Counted from the stretch's first letter, positions 17,018 to 26,260 are shown. The stretch is DNA of 64,000 nucleotides from an uncultured Candidatus Peribacteria bacterium (GCA_964624905.1 CAZUYK010000009.1:258-64257), one strand, 5' to 3'. Translations and numbers: made by a program. The notes: generated by a model not told the origin, from the letters alone.

Positions 17018-18277
17018 TCAGGAGATCAGCGATAGCAAGCGCTCGCGATCATCAGCTTTGCCGATGACCACCAATTTCATATTTTCCTTGGTGAGGAGGC
17101 GCTTGGCCAACGCGTCGACCTGCTCCTTCGTCACGGCGTCGACCATGGCGAAGTAATCGGGAATGTCCTTGATCTTCGGATAGAGCAGTTGCTGCTTGCC
17201 GTAGAAGTGGGCGCGCTCCTCGCTGTCTTCCAGGTTGAGCGTCACCTTTCCCTTGATGTAATCCTTCGCGCGCTGCAGCTCTTCCTCCGTCACGCCGTCC
17301 TTCGCGCAGACCATGTACTCGTGCATGATCGCGGTGATGGCTTCGTCCAGCCTGGACTGGTCGATGCCCGCGCGAGTCGAAAGCGCACCCGCGTCCAGGT
17401 AGCTGTCGGAATCGGTGGAGATGTAGTAGCACATGCCCTTCGCCTCGCGGATGTTCAGGAACATGCGGCTGCTCATGTTGCCGCCCAAGATGACGGCGAG
17501 CAGCTTGTGCGCGAAGTGGTCCTTGTCGAGCGATCCGGGAGCGGGGACTCCCAGCACGAGGTGGGCCTGTTCCGTCGCTTTGGTGCGGAGGAAGATCTTC
17601 TCCTCGTTGTATGCACCGAACGGTTCGAAACCGCCCTGCTTCTTTCCGCCCAATGCGCCGAAGTATTGCTCCGCCAACTTCATCGCCTGCTCTTCCGTGA
17701 CGCGGCCCGCGAAGGCAATGACCGTGTTGTCCGCCGTGTACAGCGCGTCTTTATGTGCCTGGAAATCAGCCTGCGTGACGCTCTTGATCACGCTCTCGAG
17801 TCCGATCGTGTCCCATCCCAGCGGGCAGTTGCCGAAGATGAGTTCTTCGAAATCCCAACCCGCGCGGTACATGGGGGTGTCCTGGTACATGCGCTCTTCC
17901 TCGATGATCACGCCGCGCTCCTTGTCGATTTCCTCGGGCGGGAAGGTTGCGTTGAGAAGCATGTCGCTCAGCACGTCGCACGCCATTTCCGTCTGCTCCG
18001 CCGCCACCTTCACGTAGTATCCCGCGTATTCCTTTCCGGTGAATGCGTTGAAGTCACCGCCCACGCCGTCGATCGCCGCGCTCACCTCCTGCGTCGTTTT
18101 GTATTTCTTGCCTCCCTTGAAGAACATGTGTTCCAGGAAGTGGCTGATGCCGCGCTCGGCATTCTTCTCGTAGCGCGAACCCGCGCCGGCGAACACCATG
18201 ACGGTCACCGATTCCGTGCCGGTCACGGGAGCTGTGAGGACGGGGAGGCCTGAAGGAAGTCTGTTGATGGTATACAT
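17018..18277 (-). CDS. M16 family (pitrilysin/insulinase-like) zinc peptidase
   Basis: It carries the inverted zinc motif HFLEHMFFKG. The two-domain length is about 420 aa. Start taken at MYTINRLP. Confidence 0.85.
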   Translation of the reverse strand: MYTINRLPSGLPVLTAPVTGTESVTVMVFAGAGSRYEKNAERGISHFLEHMFFKGGKKYKTTQEVSAAIDGVGGDFNAFTGKEYAGYYVKVAAEQTEMACDVLSDMLLNATFPPEEIDKERGVIIEEERMYQDTPMYRAGWDFEELIFGNCPLGWDTIGLESVIKSVTQADFQAHKDALYTADNTVIAFAGRVTEEQAMKLAEQYFGALGGKKQGGFEPFGAYNEEKIFLRTKATEQAHLVLGVPAPGSLDKDHFAHKLLAVILGGNMSSRMFLNIREAKGMCYYISTDSDSYLDAGALSTRAGIDQSRLDEAITAIMHEYMVCAKDGVTEEELQRAKDYIKGKVTLNLEDSEERAHFYGKQQLLYPKIKDIPDYFAMVDAVTKEQVDALAKRLLTKENMKLVVIGKADDRERLLSLIS

Positions 18278-18302
18278 AGGGGTTGGGGGAGGGGTGACTC
18301 TA

Positions 18303-18626
18303 TCACTTCGGCCAGAACGTGAGAATGGCAAAGGCAGAGAATACGAGGATGGAGACGAGGGCAAGGACGGTCGCCAGCCCTGCGGACCGGCCGGATGTGC
18401 TTTGGACGCTGGTATACAGGCTCAGTCCGCCGTACAGCAGTCCGCATGCCAAAAGCGGAAGCATAACCGATAGCATCCATTGCATCGTTCCGTCTGCCCA
18501 AATGCCGTTCCTGTGCAATACGTACGCCGCGAAGACCGAGCTTCCCAGGATGTAGAACAAAACGGCGGAGACCGTGTGGAAATAACGGAGCATGAACGGA
18601 GTATACGGCAAAAAAGCACCGAACAC
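18303..18626 (-). CDS. hypothetical small membrane protein (3-4 TM)
   Basis: GTG start. It is hydrophobic throughout and lies between rpmH and the M16 peptidase gene on the same strand. Confidence 0.5.
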   Translation of the reverse strand: MFGAFLPYTPFMLRYFHTVSAVLFYILGSSVFAAYVLHRNGIWADGTMQWMLSVMLPLLACGLLYGGLSLYTSVQSTSGRSAGLATVLALVSILVFSAFAILTFWPK

Positions 18627-18638
18627 GACTTTCGTTCT

Positions 18639-18794
18639 TTAGCGGGCCATTTTGCGAGCCCTCTTCTGCACCGTCAGGCGCTTGCGGCCCGTCGCGCGGC
18701 GGCGCGACAGCACTTTGCGTCCGTCAGCGGTGGCCATCCTGGAACGGAAGCCATGCTTGCGGAGACGCCGACGCCATTTGAGCTTTCCTAACAT
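18639..18794 (-). CDS. rpmH: 50S ribosomal protein L34
   Basis: Not in the ORF track (51 aa). Hand translation gives [69 protein letters not shown] is the L34 signature. Confidence 0.8.
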   Translation of the reverse strand: MLGKLKWRRRLRKHGFRSRMATADGRKVLSRRRATGRKRLTVQKRARKMAR

Positions 18795-18852
18795 TGTGGG
18801 GGGAGCCTACAGATGGCCACGGAGGCCGTCAAGAATATTATGCATGCTGGCC

Positions 18853-19401
18853 TTATTCGTACGAAACGGGCGTATTCGGCATTCCGGCGTCTTTATTGGC
18901 CTTTTCGGCAAGAAGGAACAGGTAATCGCTCAGGCGGTTCAAATAGATGACCACATATGGTCCCAGTTGTTCCTTTGCGGCCAGCGATACGACCCAGCGC
19001 TCGGATCGTCGCGTGATGGTGCGGGCCAGGTGGAGCATCGCCGCGGATTCCGTCCCGCCGGGAAGGATGAACGATCGAAGGGGGGGAAGTTCTTCCTCGA
19101 GCGCCTTGATCCAACCTTCGATTTCGTCGATGTGCGATTGTTCCATGCGCGGCACCTTCGCGGCGTTGTTCTCGATGGGTGTCGCAAGATCCGCCCCCAT
19201 GCGGAAGAGGAGGTTTTGCACGCGGGTGAGCTGCGCACGCATAGGCGCGGACACTTCCTTGTGCGCGATGATCAAACCGAGAACCGCATTGAGTTCGTCG
19301 ACGTCGCCGTAGGCGTGGATGCGCGGATCGTCTTTGGACACGCGTTGGCCTCCGAACAATCCCGTGGTTCCCTTGTCCCCCGTTTTGGTGACGATGGTCA
19401 T
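18853..19401 (-). CDS. PduO-type ATP:cob(I)alamin adenosyltransferase family protein
   Basis: The N-terminus TKTGDKGTTGL..R.SKDD.RI.AYGDVDELN is characteristic of the PduO/MMAB family. Confidence 0.85.
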   Translation of the reverse strand: MTIVTKTGDKGTTGLFGGQRVSKDDPRIHAYGDVDELNAVLGLIIAHKEVSAPMRAQLTRVQNLLFRMGADLATPIENNAAKVPRMEQSHIDEIEGWIKALEEELPPLRSFILPGGTESAAMLHLARTITRRSERWVVSLAAKEQLGPYVVIYLNRLSDYLFLLAEKANKDAGMPNTPVSYE

Positions 19402-19416
19402 GAGGGGAGTATACGC

Positions 19417-21792
19417 TCACTTCATGGCTGCCAGCACTTTTTCGTGCGCTTTCTTCGCCTCGTCTTCGGTGAGGGTCCTGTCTTCGGCGCGGTAGGTGAA
19501 GCGTAGCGTCAGGTTGTACTCGCCGTCTTTCAGGGGCTTGCCGTTGTAGAGGTCCTTCACCGATACGTCCGCGAGCAACGGATCGACTCCGCGCGCTTTC
19601 TTCATCAGTTTCTCGAGGGCGTCCTTCTGCGTACGTTGGATGGTGACGTCGTACACGATATCCGGGAATGCGGGCACGGGTGCGGCGAAGATATCGGATG
19701 CCTTCTCCGCGAAGAGCATGTCCAGGTTCAGCGTGACCGCGGCGGCTCGGGCGGGGAGGTCGAAGGCGGCGATGACCGTGGGGTGGAGCTCGTACAAGCA
19801 GCCGATTTTCTTTCCATTGACGGAGATCTCGGCGCTGCGGCCCGGGTGCATGCCGGCGCCAGCGTCCTTCCTGGTCGTGACCGATACGTCGTATCCGATC
19901 GATTCCAACGCATGCACGATATCGCGCTTCAAGATGAGCAAGGGTTCTTCCAAGAGTCCTCCGTTGGCGCGTGCGGCGATGAATGCGGTCAGTTCCATGG
20001 ATTCCGTTTGTCCTTTGCGGAACACGTGCGCCCAGTGGAACGTGCGAAGCGCATTCTCCACCTGCAGCATGTTCTTCTGCGCGTGGACGAGCAGGGCGGG
20101 GAGCGTGGTCGTGTGCATCACCGAGGTCTCTTCTCCCAGCGGATTTGCCAGCGCGATCGCTTCGGATGGATCCGTGCCCGCCTTCTTCAGCAGTGCCGGG
20201 CTCACGAGGTTCAACGGGACGATCTCGCTGTATCCGGACATCGCCAACGCGTCGCGCAGCGCGTGCTTGCGGGTGTCGCGCGGGGGAACGCGGACGGGGG
20301 CCAGCGGCATTTCCTCGGGCACGTTCGCGTAGCCCGCGATCCGTCCGATTTCCTCGATCAGATCGTGTTCGCCGGTGATGTCGCGCAGCCTGTGCAGCGG
20401 CGGCGTCACTTCCAGCATTCCCTTCTTGCCAGCCTTCACCGCGAAGCCGAGGTCCGTCAGGATCTCCGTCACCGCTTTCTTCGGCACGGTCATGCCGAGC
20501 GTCGCGGAGGCGCGGTCCAGGGAAAGTTCGATGGTCTCGGGTTTGCCGTCTTCGCCCCATTCGATCAGTTTGCTCTCGATCGCCATGCCCGGTGCAGATT
20601 CCTTGAGGAGGTGCAGCGCGCGCGAGAGTCCCTGGAGGGATGCGACGGCAGGGACGGATTTCTCATAGACCGTCGCCGCTTCCGTGCGGTGCTCCGTCGA
20701 CTTGATGGCTTTGCGGATGCGGACCGGATCGTACACCGGCGCGTGGATCAGAGCGCGCTTCGTGTTCGCGTTGAACGCGCTGCGTTCGTCGCCCATGAGG
20801 CCGCACAGGTCGAAGAGTCCCTTGCCGTCTTCCATGACGATCAATCCCTCCGGCAGCTTTCTCTTGATGCCGTCGAGCGTGGTTACCGTTTCTCCTTCCT
20901 TCGATTCGCGGAATTTCATCCCGACTTCGACCTTGTCGACGTCGAAGATGTGCAGCGGCATGCCGACGTCCATCATGACGTAGTTGGTAACGTCCACCGG
21001 CAGGCTGATGCTGCGAATGCCGACTCCCGCCAGGCGTTCTTTCATCCACTCCGGCGTCGTTCCGTGGTCAGGGAGTTCCACGATGCAGGCGTTGTAGCGC
21101 GTGACCAGCGACGGATCGGAGTTTTCCACTTCCAGCGTCGATCCCTTTCCGAACGCGGGAGGGGTGAGGTCCGGGAGTTTCTTCTTCCACGTCGCGATGC
21201 CCAGCGCCACGCACTCGCGGGCGAAGCCGTAGTGCGAGAACAGGTCGGGACGGGTGGTGATGGCGGTGTTTGAAATAACGAGCACGGTGTCGTTCATCTT
21301 CAATGCCTGCCTCAGGTCCTGCTGTGGCTGGAAGCCGCTGTGCGTAAGGTCCACTATGGGGCGTTCGCCGTGTTCGGGTTTGGCAGGGAAGAGGCTTTCG
21401 ATGCCCAGTTCCTCGCCTGCGCAGATCATGCCGTGGCTTTCCTCCCCGCGGATCTTTGCCGGCTCCAGCGTCATCATCTCGCCGCCGTGCCATTTCACCC
21501 TTGCCCCCACGTGCGCGAACGCGACGAGCATGTGGTCTTCCAAATTCGTTCCGCCGCACACCACCTTTTTCACCCCGCGGTCCGTTTCCACCTCGCACAA
21601 CCTGAGCTTGTCGGCGTTCGGGTGCGGCTTCACCGTCAAAATCTTTCCCACGCAGCAGTTTTCCAGGAGCGCGCCCTGCTTTTCCACCCCATCCACTTCC
21701 GCCGTGCCCGCGGTGATGCGGTTCACGATGAGGTCGGTGTCGGTCTCGGTCCAGGTGACGTAGTCGGTGAGCCAGTTCAGGGAGATCTTCAT
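19417..21792 (-). CDS. pheT: phenylalanine--tRNA ligase beta subunit
   Basis: MKISLNWLTDYV start, a tRNA-binding OB domain, B3/4 and B5 regions, and a 791-aa length. Confidence 0.95.
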   Translation of the reverse strand: MKISLNWLTDYVTWTETDTDLIVNRITAGTAEVDGVEKQGALLENCCVGKILTVKPHPNADKLRLCEVETDRGVKKVVCGGTNLEDHMLVAFAHVGARVKWHGGEMMTLEPAKIRGEESHGMICAGEELGIESLFPAKPEHGERPIVDLTHSGFQPQQDLRQALKMNDTVLVISNTAITTRPDLFSHYGFARECVALGIATWKKKLPDLTPPAFGKGSTLEVENSDPSLVTRYNACIVELPDHGTTPEWMKERLAGVGIRSISLPVDVTNYVMMDVGMPLHIFDVDKVEVGMKFRESKEGETVTTLDGIKRKLPEGLIVMEDGKGLFDLCGLMGDERSAFNANTKRALIHAPVYDPVRIRKAIKSTEHRTEAATVYEKSVPAVASLQGLSRALHLLKESAPGMAIESKLIEWGEDGKPETIELSLDRASATLGMTVPKKAVTEILTDLGFAVKAGKKGMLEVTPPLHRLRDITGEHDLIEEIGRIAGYANVPEEMPLAPVRVPPRDTRKHALRDALAMSGYSEIVPLNLVSPALLKKAGTDPSEAIALANPLGEETSVMHTTTLPALLVHAQKNMLQVENALRTFHWAHVFRKGQTESMELTAFIAARANGGLLEEPLLILKRDIVHALESIGYDVSVTTRKDAGAGMHPGRSAEISVNGKKIGCLYELHPTVIAAFDLPARAAAVTLNLDMLFAEKASDIFAAPVPAFPDIVYDVTIQRTQKDALEKLMKKARGVDPLLADVSVKDLYNGKPLKDGEYNLTLRFTYRAEDRTLTEDEAKKAHEKVLAAMK

Positions 21793-21840
21793 GGCCGATA
21801 GCCTACCCTACGCCCAGCCATCGGCACAATTCCGCTCTTT

Positions 21841-22242
21841 GTGGATATTTCCAGCGAGGAGTACACTTTTTTTGATTTACCCCTTCCCCATTTCCCTATG
21901 TGTGGTTCCCATGAATCCCGTTGCCTGACGTGCAAGACGGTTGGACTCATTTCCATGGTCCTCGTCGCTCTCTTCACGCTGGTCGCTCTCTACGCCACGT
22001 ACCGCGTGTTCTTCGTTCTCGATAACCGCATCGGCACGACGGACGGATCGCTCGCCATCATCACGGCGGTCTTCTGTCTCGGTGCCGTGAAGAAGGGGAT
22101 GAAGATGTGTCCCTGCCGTTCCAAGGGCTGCGGCTGCGGCGGAGGATGCGCGTGCGGCAAGAAAAACTGCGACTGCGGAGGCAAAGGAGGCTGCGATTGC
22201 GGCCATGACCACGGCGATGCCGCTGCGTCTCACCAGCACTAA
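21841..22242 (+). CDS. membrane protein with metallothionein-like Cys/Gly-rich C-terminal tail
   Basis: Two predicted TM helices are followed by KKGMKMCPCRSKGCGCGGGCACGKKNCDCGGKGGCDCGHDHGD. The TM-plus-tail layout resembles FeoB-associated Cys-rich membrane proteins. Start is the GTG at 21841 or the ATG at 21898. Confidence 0.6.
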   Translation: MDISSEEYTFFDLPLPHFPMCGSHESRCLTCKTVGLISMVLVALFTLVALYATYRVFFVLDNRIGTTDGSLAIITAVFCLGAVKKGMKMCPCRSKGCGCGGGCACGKKNCDCGGKGGCDCGHDHGDAAASHQH

Positions 22243-22263
22243 GATCGTTTGATGAAAAAGAAA

Positions 22264-22289
22264 GGCGGACCGCGAGGCCCGCCTTTTTT
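22264..22289 (+). terminator. intrinsic terminator
   Basis: Stem GGCGGACC / GGCCCGCC (one mismatch) with a GCGA loop, followed by T6. Confidence 0.7.
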
Positions 22290-22298
22290 GTAACACGG

Positions 22299-22388
22299 TG
22301 GCGGAGGGGGGGAGATTCGAACTCCCGAGACGCTTTCACGTCTACACGCTTTCCAAGCGTGCGCACTAGGCCACTATGCGACCCCTCC
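22299..22388 (-). tRNA. tRNA-Ser (anticodon GGA), CCA encoded
   Basis: Hand-folded 90-nt type II cloverleaf. Acceptor GGAGGGG/CCCCTCC, anticodon arm CACGC-TTGGAAA-GCGTG, long variable arm GACG..CGTC, T arm GGGAG-TTCGAAT-CTCCC, and a 3' GCCA. Confidence 0.93.
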
Positions 22389-22468
22389 AGATGTGCGGAC
22401 GCCAGTATAGGGAATTACGGAACCAAAGGAAGTGGTTTCTTCAGGCTTAAAGATGTATTCTCGGGCAT

Positions 22469-23053
22469 ATGGCCGATCGCGACCTCCAACTCCTCTTCGA
22501 ACTCGGCACCCTGCGCTTCGTCCCGCGGACGTGGAACCAACTCCATGATCCCAAGTTCGCCAACGTTGCGGAGCACATGTTCCGCATGTTGTGGATCGCG
22601 CTGATCCTGGCGAAGAGGGAAGGGGCGGATTTGGATAAAGTCCTCAGGATCGCATTGGTGCATGACATTACCGAGAGCCGGACGGGGGACGTCCACACGC
22701 TTACCCGCCATTACGTGCAGCGCGATGAGGACAATGCTTTGGCCGATATGACGGCCGGAACGTCTTTCGAGGCGGAGGCGAAGGAGTTGATGGAGGAATA
22801 CCACAAGCGCGAGACGCTGGAAGCGAAGGTGGTGAAGGACGCCGATATCCTGGATGTGGATATGGAACTGCGCGAGCTGATGGCAAAGGGCGGGAAATAT
22901 CCGAAGGCATGGGATGAAAAACGCAAAAAGATCGTCGAGAACGATTTCCATACCGATAGTGCCCGTACCATGTGGCACGAGATCAATGCCGCGGATCCCT
23001 ATGACTGGTATGCGGATGGCATCGATAGAGTCACTCGTCGCAAGAACGTATGA
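22469..23053 (+). CDS. HD domain phosphohydrolase (YfbR-like 5'-nucleotidase family)
   Basis: NVAEHMFRM (His) ... LVHDITESRTGD (HD) ... DADILD, which follows the YfbR-type motif order. Confidence 0.8.
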   Translation: MADRDLQLLFELGTLRFVPRTWNQLHDPKFANVAEHMFRMLWIALILAKREGADLDKVLRIALVHDITESRTGDVHTLTRHYVQRDEDNALADMTAGTSFEAEAKELMEEYHKRETLEAKVVKDADILDVDMELRELMAKGGKYPKAWDEKRKKIVENDFHTDSARTMWHEINAADPYDWYADGIDRVTRRKNV

Positions 23054-23469
23054 GTATTCCCGTCGACCTCGCACCGGCCCTTCTCGCGCTCGCTTCCGAA
23101 CTGAAACTGGATCCGAACGACGTCGAAGAATCCTTCATCCGCGGAAGCGGCAAGGGCGGGCAGAAGATCAACAAGACGGCGTCGACGGTGCAGCTCGTCC
23201 ATAAGCCGACGGGTATCGAAGTGCGCATGCAGAAGCACCGCGAGCAGAGCAAGAACCGGTCCAGCGCATGGAAGCTGCTCATCCTCAAACTGGAGGAAAA
23301 AGAGAAAGGAGAGGAGTCGCAGCTGGCGCGCGAGGCCTTCAAGATCAAGAAGCAGAAGCAGCGCCGCAGCAGGAAGTCCAAATTGAAGATGCTGGACGCG
23401 AAGCACCATCGCGGGGACATCAAAGAAAAACGCCGCGGGGCGTGGAATGAATGGAGGGAATCCGCGTGA
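23050..23469 (+). CDS. GGQ-motif class I release factor domain protein (ArfB/YaeJ-like ribosome rescue factor)
   Basis: RGSGKGGQKINKTASTVQL followed by a long K/R-rich tail, in a 139-aa protein. It overlaps the HD gene by 4 nt. Confidence 0.8.
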   Translation: MSIPVDLAPALLALASELKLDPNDVEESFIRGSGKGGQKINKTASTVQLVHKPTGIEVRMQKHREQSKNRSSAWKLLILKLEEKEKGEESQLAREAFKIKKQKQRRSRKSKLKMLDAKHHRGDIKEKRRGAWNEWRESA

Positions 23470-23473
23470 TGTC

Positions 23474-23683
23474 TTACGCCTTCTGTCCCTTCTGCATCCG
23501 CTTCGCGAGCGTGCGCAGGTAGCTCGTCGAAACCTTCATCGTCTTGTAAAGGCCCGTAGCCGGGTCGAACACGCGCTTCTTCTGCATATTGACCTTCCAG
23601 GAGCGGCGCGTGGAGCGCAGCGAGTGGCTTCGGGTGTTACCGAAAGCGGTCTTTTTGCCGGTTTTGACGCATGCGCGTGCCAT
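23474..23683 (-). CDS. rpmB: 50S ribosomal protein L28
   Basis: [36 protein letters not shown] is the typical L28 N-terminus. Confidence 0.9.
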   Translation of the reverse strand: MARACVKTGKKTAFGNTRSHSLRSTRRSWKVNMQKKRVFDPATGLYKTMKVSTSYLRTLAKRMQKGQKA

Positions 23684-23760
23684 AGAGCTGCGGTACCCTA
23701 CCCGAGGGGTTTGGCAATGTCAAACGCCTCTTTCATTGAAGAAATAGTTTTTTTGCCTAT

Positions 23761-23788
23761 ATTGACTTAAAAAATAATTTATATAACA
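23761..23788 (+). promoter_or_regulatory. candidate promoter TTGACT with TATAAC (N14) or TAACAT (N16)
   Basis: Hexamers at 23761-23766 and 23781-23788 in an AT-rich spacer. The layout matches the 2703 element. Confidence 0.35.
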
Positions 23789-23956
23789 TGTCAATGTGCT
23801 CTCTTACAGCACGGGCAGGATCTTCGAGGCAAGCACCGAGAGCATCTTTTCGTGCCTTCCGCGCTTGCCTCACTTCTTTGCGGTCAATCTGATCGCACAA
23901 GCCGCCAGCGTCCGGCGATAGCGGACAACGACTTTATCTCGGGAGAGATAAAACTC

Positions 23957-24490
23957 ATGATCACTGCATTCAGACAGCCAGATCTAGTGTTCGATGCCTG
24001 CAGCCTTTTTGGTGAAGTATCGGGTGATCCTTTGATACAACCCGCGCTAGGTGAACTCGTTCTTCGAGTACCTAAAGAAGTTTCTCATTGCTCGTTATAT
24101 CAGACTGACATTGGTAAACGCTTCATGCGTCGGGAAAAATGGTATCACGATTATCCCTGGTCAAATGAATCAATTTCTCCGGGGATTTACGTACTGCGGC
24201 TTCCAGTTGCAGAGAGCGGCAATAAAACGCTTGATAAACAGAAGGAGCTCTTAGTTGACGGCGAAGAGCCGGCTCCACTTGCCTTGGTAGAACTTGCGAT
24301 GCTCTGTTTAAAAAATGCCGGAGCACCAGATCCACTCGTCGGCAACATCGTCCGCTGTCGTGAAATCGCCAGCAAGAAGAATTCGGGGATTGATCTGTCG
24401 TGGCATGGCACAAGGTTGCGAGTTGGCTGCAATTTTATTCACCGTCGTCATTCTATTATTTGGCTTGCGTCGGCTCGGAAGGTTTCCTGA
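23957..24490 (+). CDS. hypothetical protein (AT-richer orphan gene)
   Basis: ORF 23852..24490 trimmed to the ATG preceded by GGGAGAG. No recognisable family. GC is lower than in the flanks. Confidence 0.45.
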   Translation: MITAFRQPDLVFDACSLFGEVSGDPLIQPALGELVLRVPKEVSHCSLYQTDIGKRFMRREKWYHDYPWSNESISPGIYVLRLPVAESGNKTLDKQKELLVDGEEPAPLALVELAMLCLKNAGAPDPLVGNIVRCREIASKKNSGIDLSWHGTRLRVGCNFIHRRHSIIWLASARKVS

Positions 24491-24599
24491 GATACTTGCC
24501 CGCGTGATCTCCGCATCACGCACTACCCGCAGCTTCGGCTGCGGGTTTTTTCGTGTAATCCATCGACTCCCGCGCCCGATCGGTTATGCTGGCATCGAC

Positions 24600-25262
24600 A
24601 TGGACTTCCTCAATCCCACCTACATCATCGCCATCCTCATCGCCATTTCGGTCCACGAATGGGCGCATGCCCTTACGGCAGACAGGTTGGGGGATCCCAC
24701 CCCCCGCGACATGGGCCGCCTTACGGTGAATCCCATCGCCCACCTGGACCTGCTGGGCGCCCTGATGTTCCTGGCGGTCGGATTCGGATGGGCCAAGCCC
24801 GTGCCGGTGAATCCGGCGTACTTCAAGCATCACAAAGGGGGAATGGCCCTCACGGCCATCGCAGGCCCTCTCAGTAACCTCATCCTCGCGTTCATCGCCT
24901 ACGCACTTCTCAACTTCATCGCGCTGCGCAATCCTGGCAGCGTGGAGGATCTGCTCCGCGGCACCTCGACCGGATCGCCTCTGATGACGATCATCCTGAT
25001 GATTTTGCAGGGGTCGCTCTTCGTGAACCTGGCCCTTATGGCGTTCAATCTCTTCCCCATCGCGCCACTCGACGGCAGCAACATACTAAGGCTCTTCGTC
25101 CCGCTTCGCTACGAGGACCGCTATGACGATTTCCTGCGCGTTGGCCCGTACATCCTGCTGTTCCTGCTGCTCTTCGAATCCTTCCTCCCGTTTCCGCTCC
25201 TCGGCAGCTGGGTGCGGTGGATCATGGAGGCGGTGTTCAGCGTTTTCGCGCTGGTTTTCTAG
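24600..25262 (+). CDS. site-2 protease family (M50) membrane metalloprotease
   Basis: HEWAHALTA (HExxH) in the first TM region, a LFNLFPIAPLDGS (NxxPxxxLDG) motif, and a multi-TM body. Confidence 0.8.
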   Translation: MDFLNPTYIIAILIAISVHEWAHALTADRLGDPTPRDMGRLTVNPIAHLDLLGALMFLAVGFGWAKPVPVNPAYFKHHKGGMALTAIAGPLSNLILAFIAYALLNFIALRNPGSVEDLLRGTSTGSPLMTIILMILQGSLFVNLALMAFNLFPIAPLDGSNILRLFVPLRYEDRYDDFLRVGPYILLFLLLFESFLPFPLLGSWVRWIMEAVFSVFALVF

Positions 25263-25774
25263 ATCTTCCGTGCGTCGTACGCCCAGTGCAGCACGGCCTG
25301 GCGTTGCCTTCTCCTGCAGGAAAGATCGCCTGCTTCGCAATTCTTTTTGATTTGCGCGATGTGCCGCCTGATCGCGAGCCAGCGCTTGATCTGCCGGTCG
25401 TCTTCTTCCGGCATACGGCGACCCATGTAGTAGCGGCAGTACCACTGGAACCATCCGCGCGGATCCGCCGGATGGATCCATCCCTTCTTCTTCCACACGC
25501 TTAGCGGTTGGCTGGCATCCACGCCGAAGAAGTTCAGCGTCTTGTCGCGTCTCTCAGGAGAGAGCTTCGCGCGGGCGAACCAATCTTTCGGGAATTCCTT
25601 TCCACAGTCCGTCATGTACTTCCCGCCGAAGACGCCTAGTTCCAGCATTTGCTTCGGCGTGAGTTCCGGTTGGAATCGTTCGTCGAAATTCTTCCCTTCG
25701 GGTTCGGTGAGCACGTAGGTGCATTGTTGCATCAGATCATCCACATGCACGGTGACGGGGGAGCGTCGTCCCAT
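25259..25774 (-). CDS. conserved-looking hypothetical protein
   Basis: ORF 25259..25807 begins with a TTG inside the upstream terminator A-run, so it was trimmed to the first ATG; an alternative lies at 25732. A Trp/Arg-rich motif GWFQWYCRYYMGRR is present. Family not identified by eye. Confidence 0.55.
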   Translation of the reverse strand: MGRRSPVTVHVDDLMQQCTYVLTEPEGKNFDERFQPELTPKQMLELGVFGGKYMTDCGKEFPKDWFARAKLSPERRDKTLNFFGVDASQPLSVWKKKGWIHPADPRGWFQWYCRYYMGRRMPEEDDRQIKRWLAIRRHIAQIKKNCEAGDLSCRRRQRQAVLHWAYDARKI

Positions 25775-25805
25775 ATGTACGTACCATACGCAGATCTCGG
25801 ACAAC

Positions 25806-25834
25806 AAAAAAGCCCGCGGGGTGCGCGGGCTTTT
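25806..25834 (-). terminator. intrinsic terminator after the acidic protein gene
   Basis: An 8-bp stem AGCCCGCG/CGCGGGCT with a 5-nt loop. T-run on the minus strand, with T4 also on the plus strand. Confidence 0.75.
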
Positions 25835-25849
25835 CGATATGCGGAATGA

Positions 25850-26203
25850 TCAGCGGGGGTCTGCGGGGTAGCCCGGAATCAGATTGTCATTTGAGTCGCG
25901 GGCACCGTCACCTTCGCCGTACTTGTCGGCGGTCTCGTCATCTCCGGCGATGGGAGCGGGAGCTTCGGTGGGGCGGAGTTCGGGACCCATCGGCGTATTT
26001 TTGAGAGCGTCGCGTGTCTCATCACTGCCTTTCTCTACGGTTGCCTTCGCCCTTGCCTGCTGCCTTAGGATAGCTTCGTTATGCTGATTGATGACCTCTT
26101 CGCCCCTGCCTCCGGGCAGACCTGCTTCAAGTTCGCCATCCTGACCGCGACCTTCGTCGCCGTCCTCGTGCGGATTAAAGTACGTAGAGTCTTCGCCTGA
26201 CAT
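25850..26203 (-). CDS. acidic, low-complexity hypothetical protein
   Basis: Start at MSGEDS. D/E/G-rich and apparently disordered. A strong promoter lies upstream and a terminator downstream. Confidence 0.5.
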   Translation of the reverse strand: MSGEDSTYFNPHEDGDEGRGQDGELEAGLPGGRGEEVINQHNEAILRQQARAKATVEKGSDETRDALKNTPMGPELRPTEAPAPIAGDDETADKYGEGDGARDSNDNLIPGYPADPR

Positions 26204-26231
26204 ATGTGTGTGAGAAGGAAATAACATTATT

Positions 26232-26260
26232 ATTATACTACAAATATATAAATTATGCAA
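26232..26260 (-). promoter_or_regulatory. near-consensus promoter TTGCAT-N17-TATAAT (minus strand)
   Basis: The reverse complement of 26255-26260 is TTGCAT and that of 26232-26237 is TATAAT, with a 17-nt spacer. It lies upstream of the CDS ending at 26203. Confidence 0.55.

Noticed and set aside
18893-20560. A 555-aa ORF on the same strand as pheT and the adenosyltransferase gene, but in another frame.
   Set aside because: Its extremely Arg/Pro/Gly-rich composition is a frame artefact of GC-rich coding sequence. PheT and the PduO-type protein account for the region.
19636-21273. A 545-aa ORF antisense to pheT.
   Set aside because: It is a shadow ORF with no motifs, fully contained within the strongly supported pheT.
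22120-22200. GGC/TGC-rich DNA repeats were considered as a microsatellite or non-coding repeat.
   Set aside because: The repeats are in frame and encode the Cys/Gly tail of the 21841-22242 protein. This is coding low complexity, not an independent DNA element.
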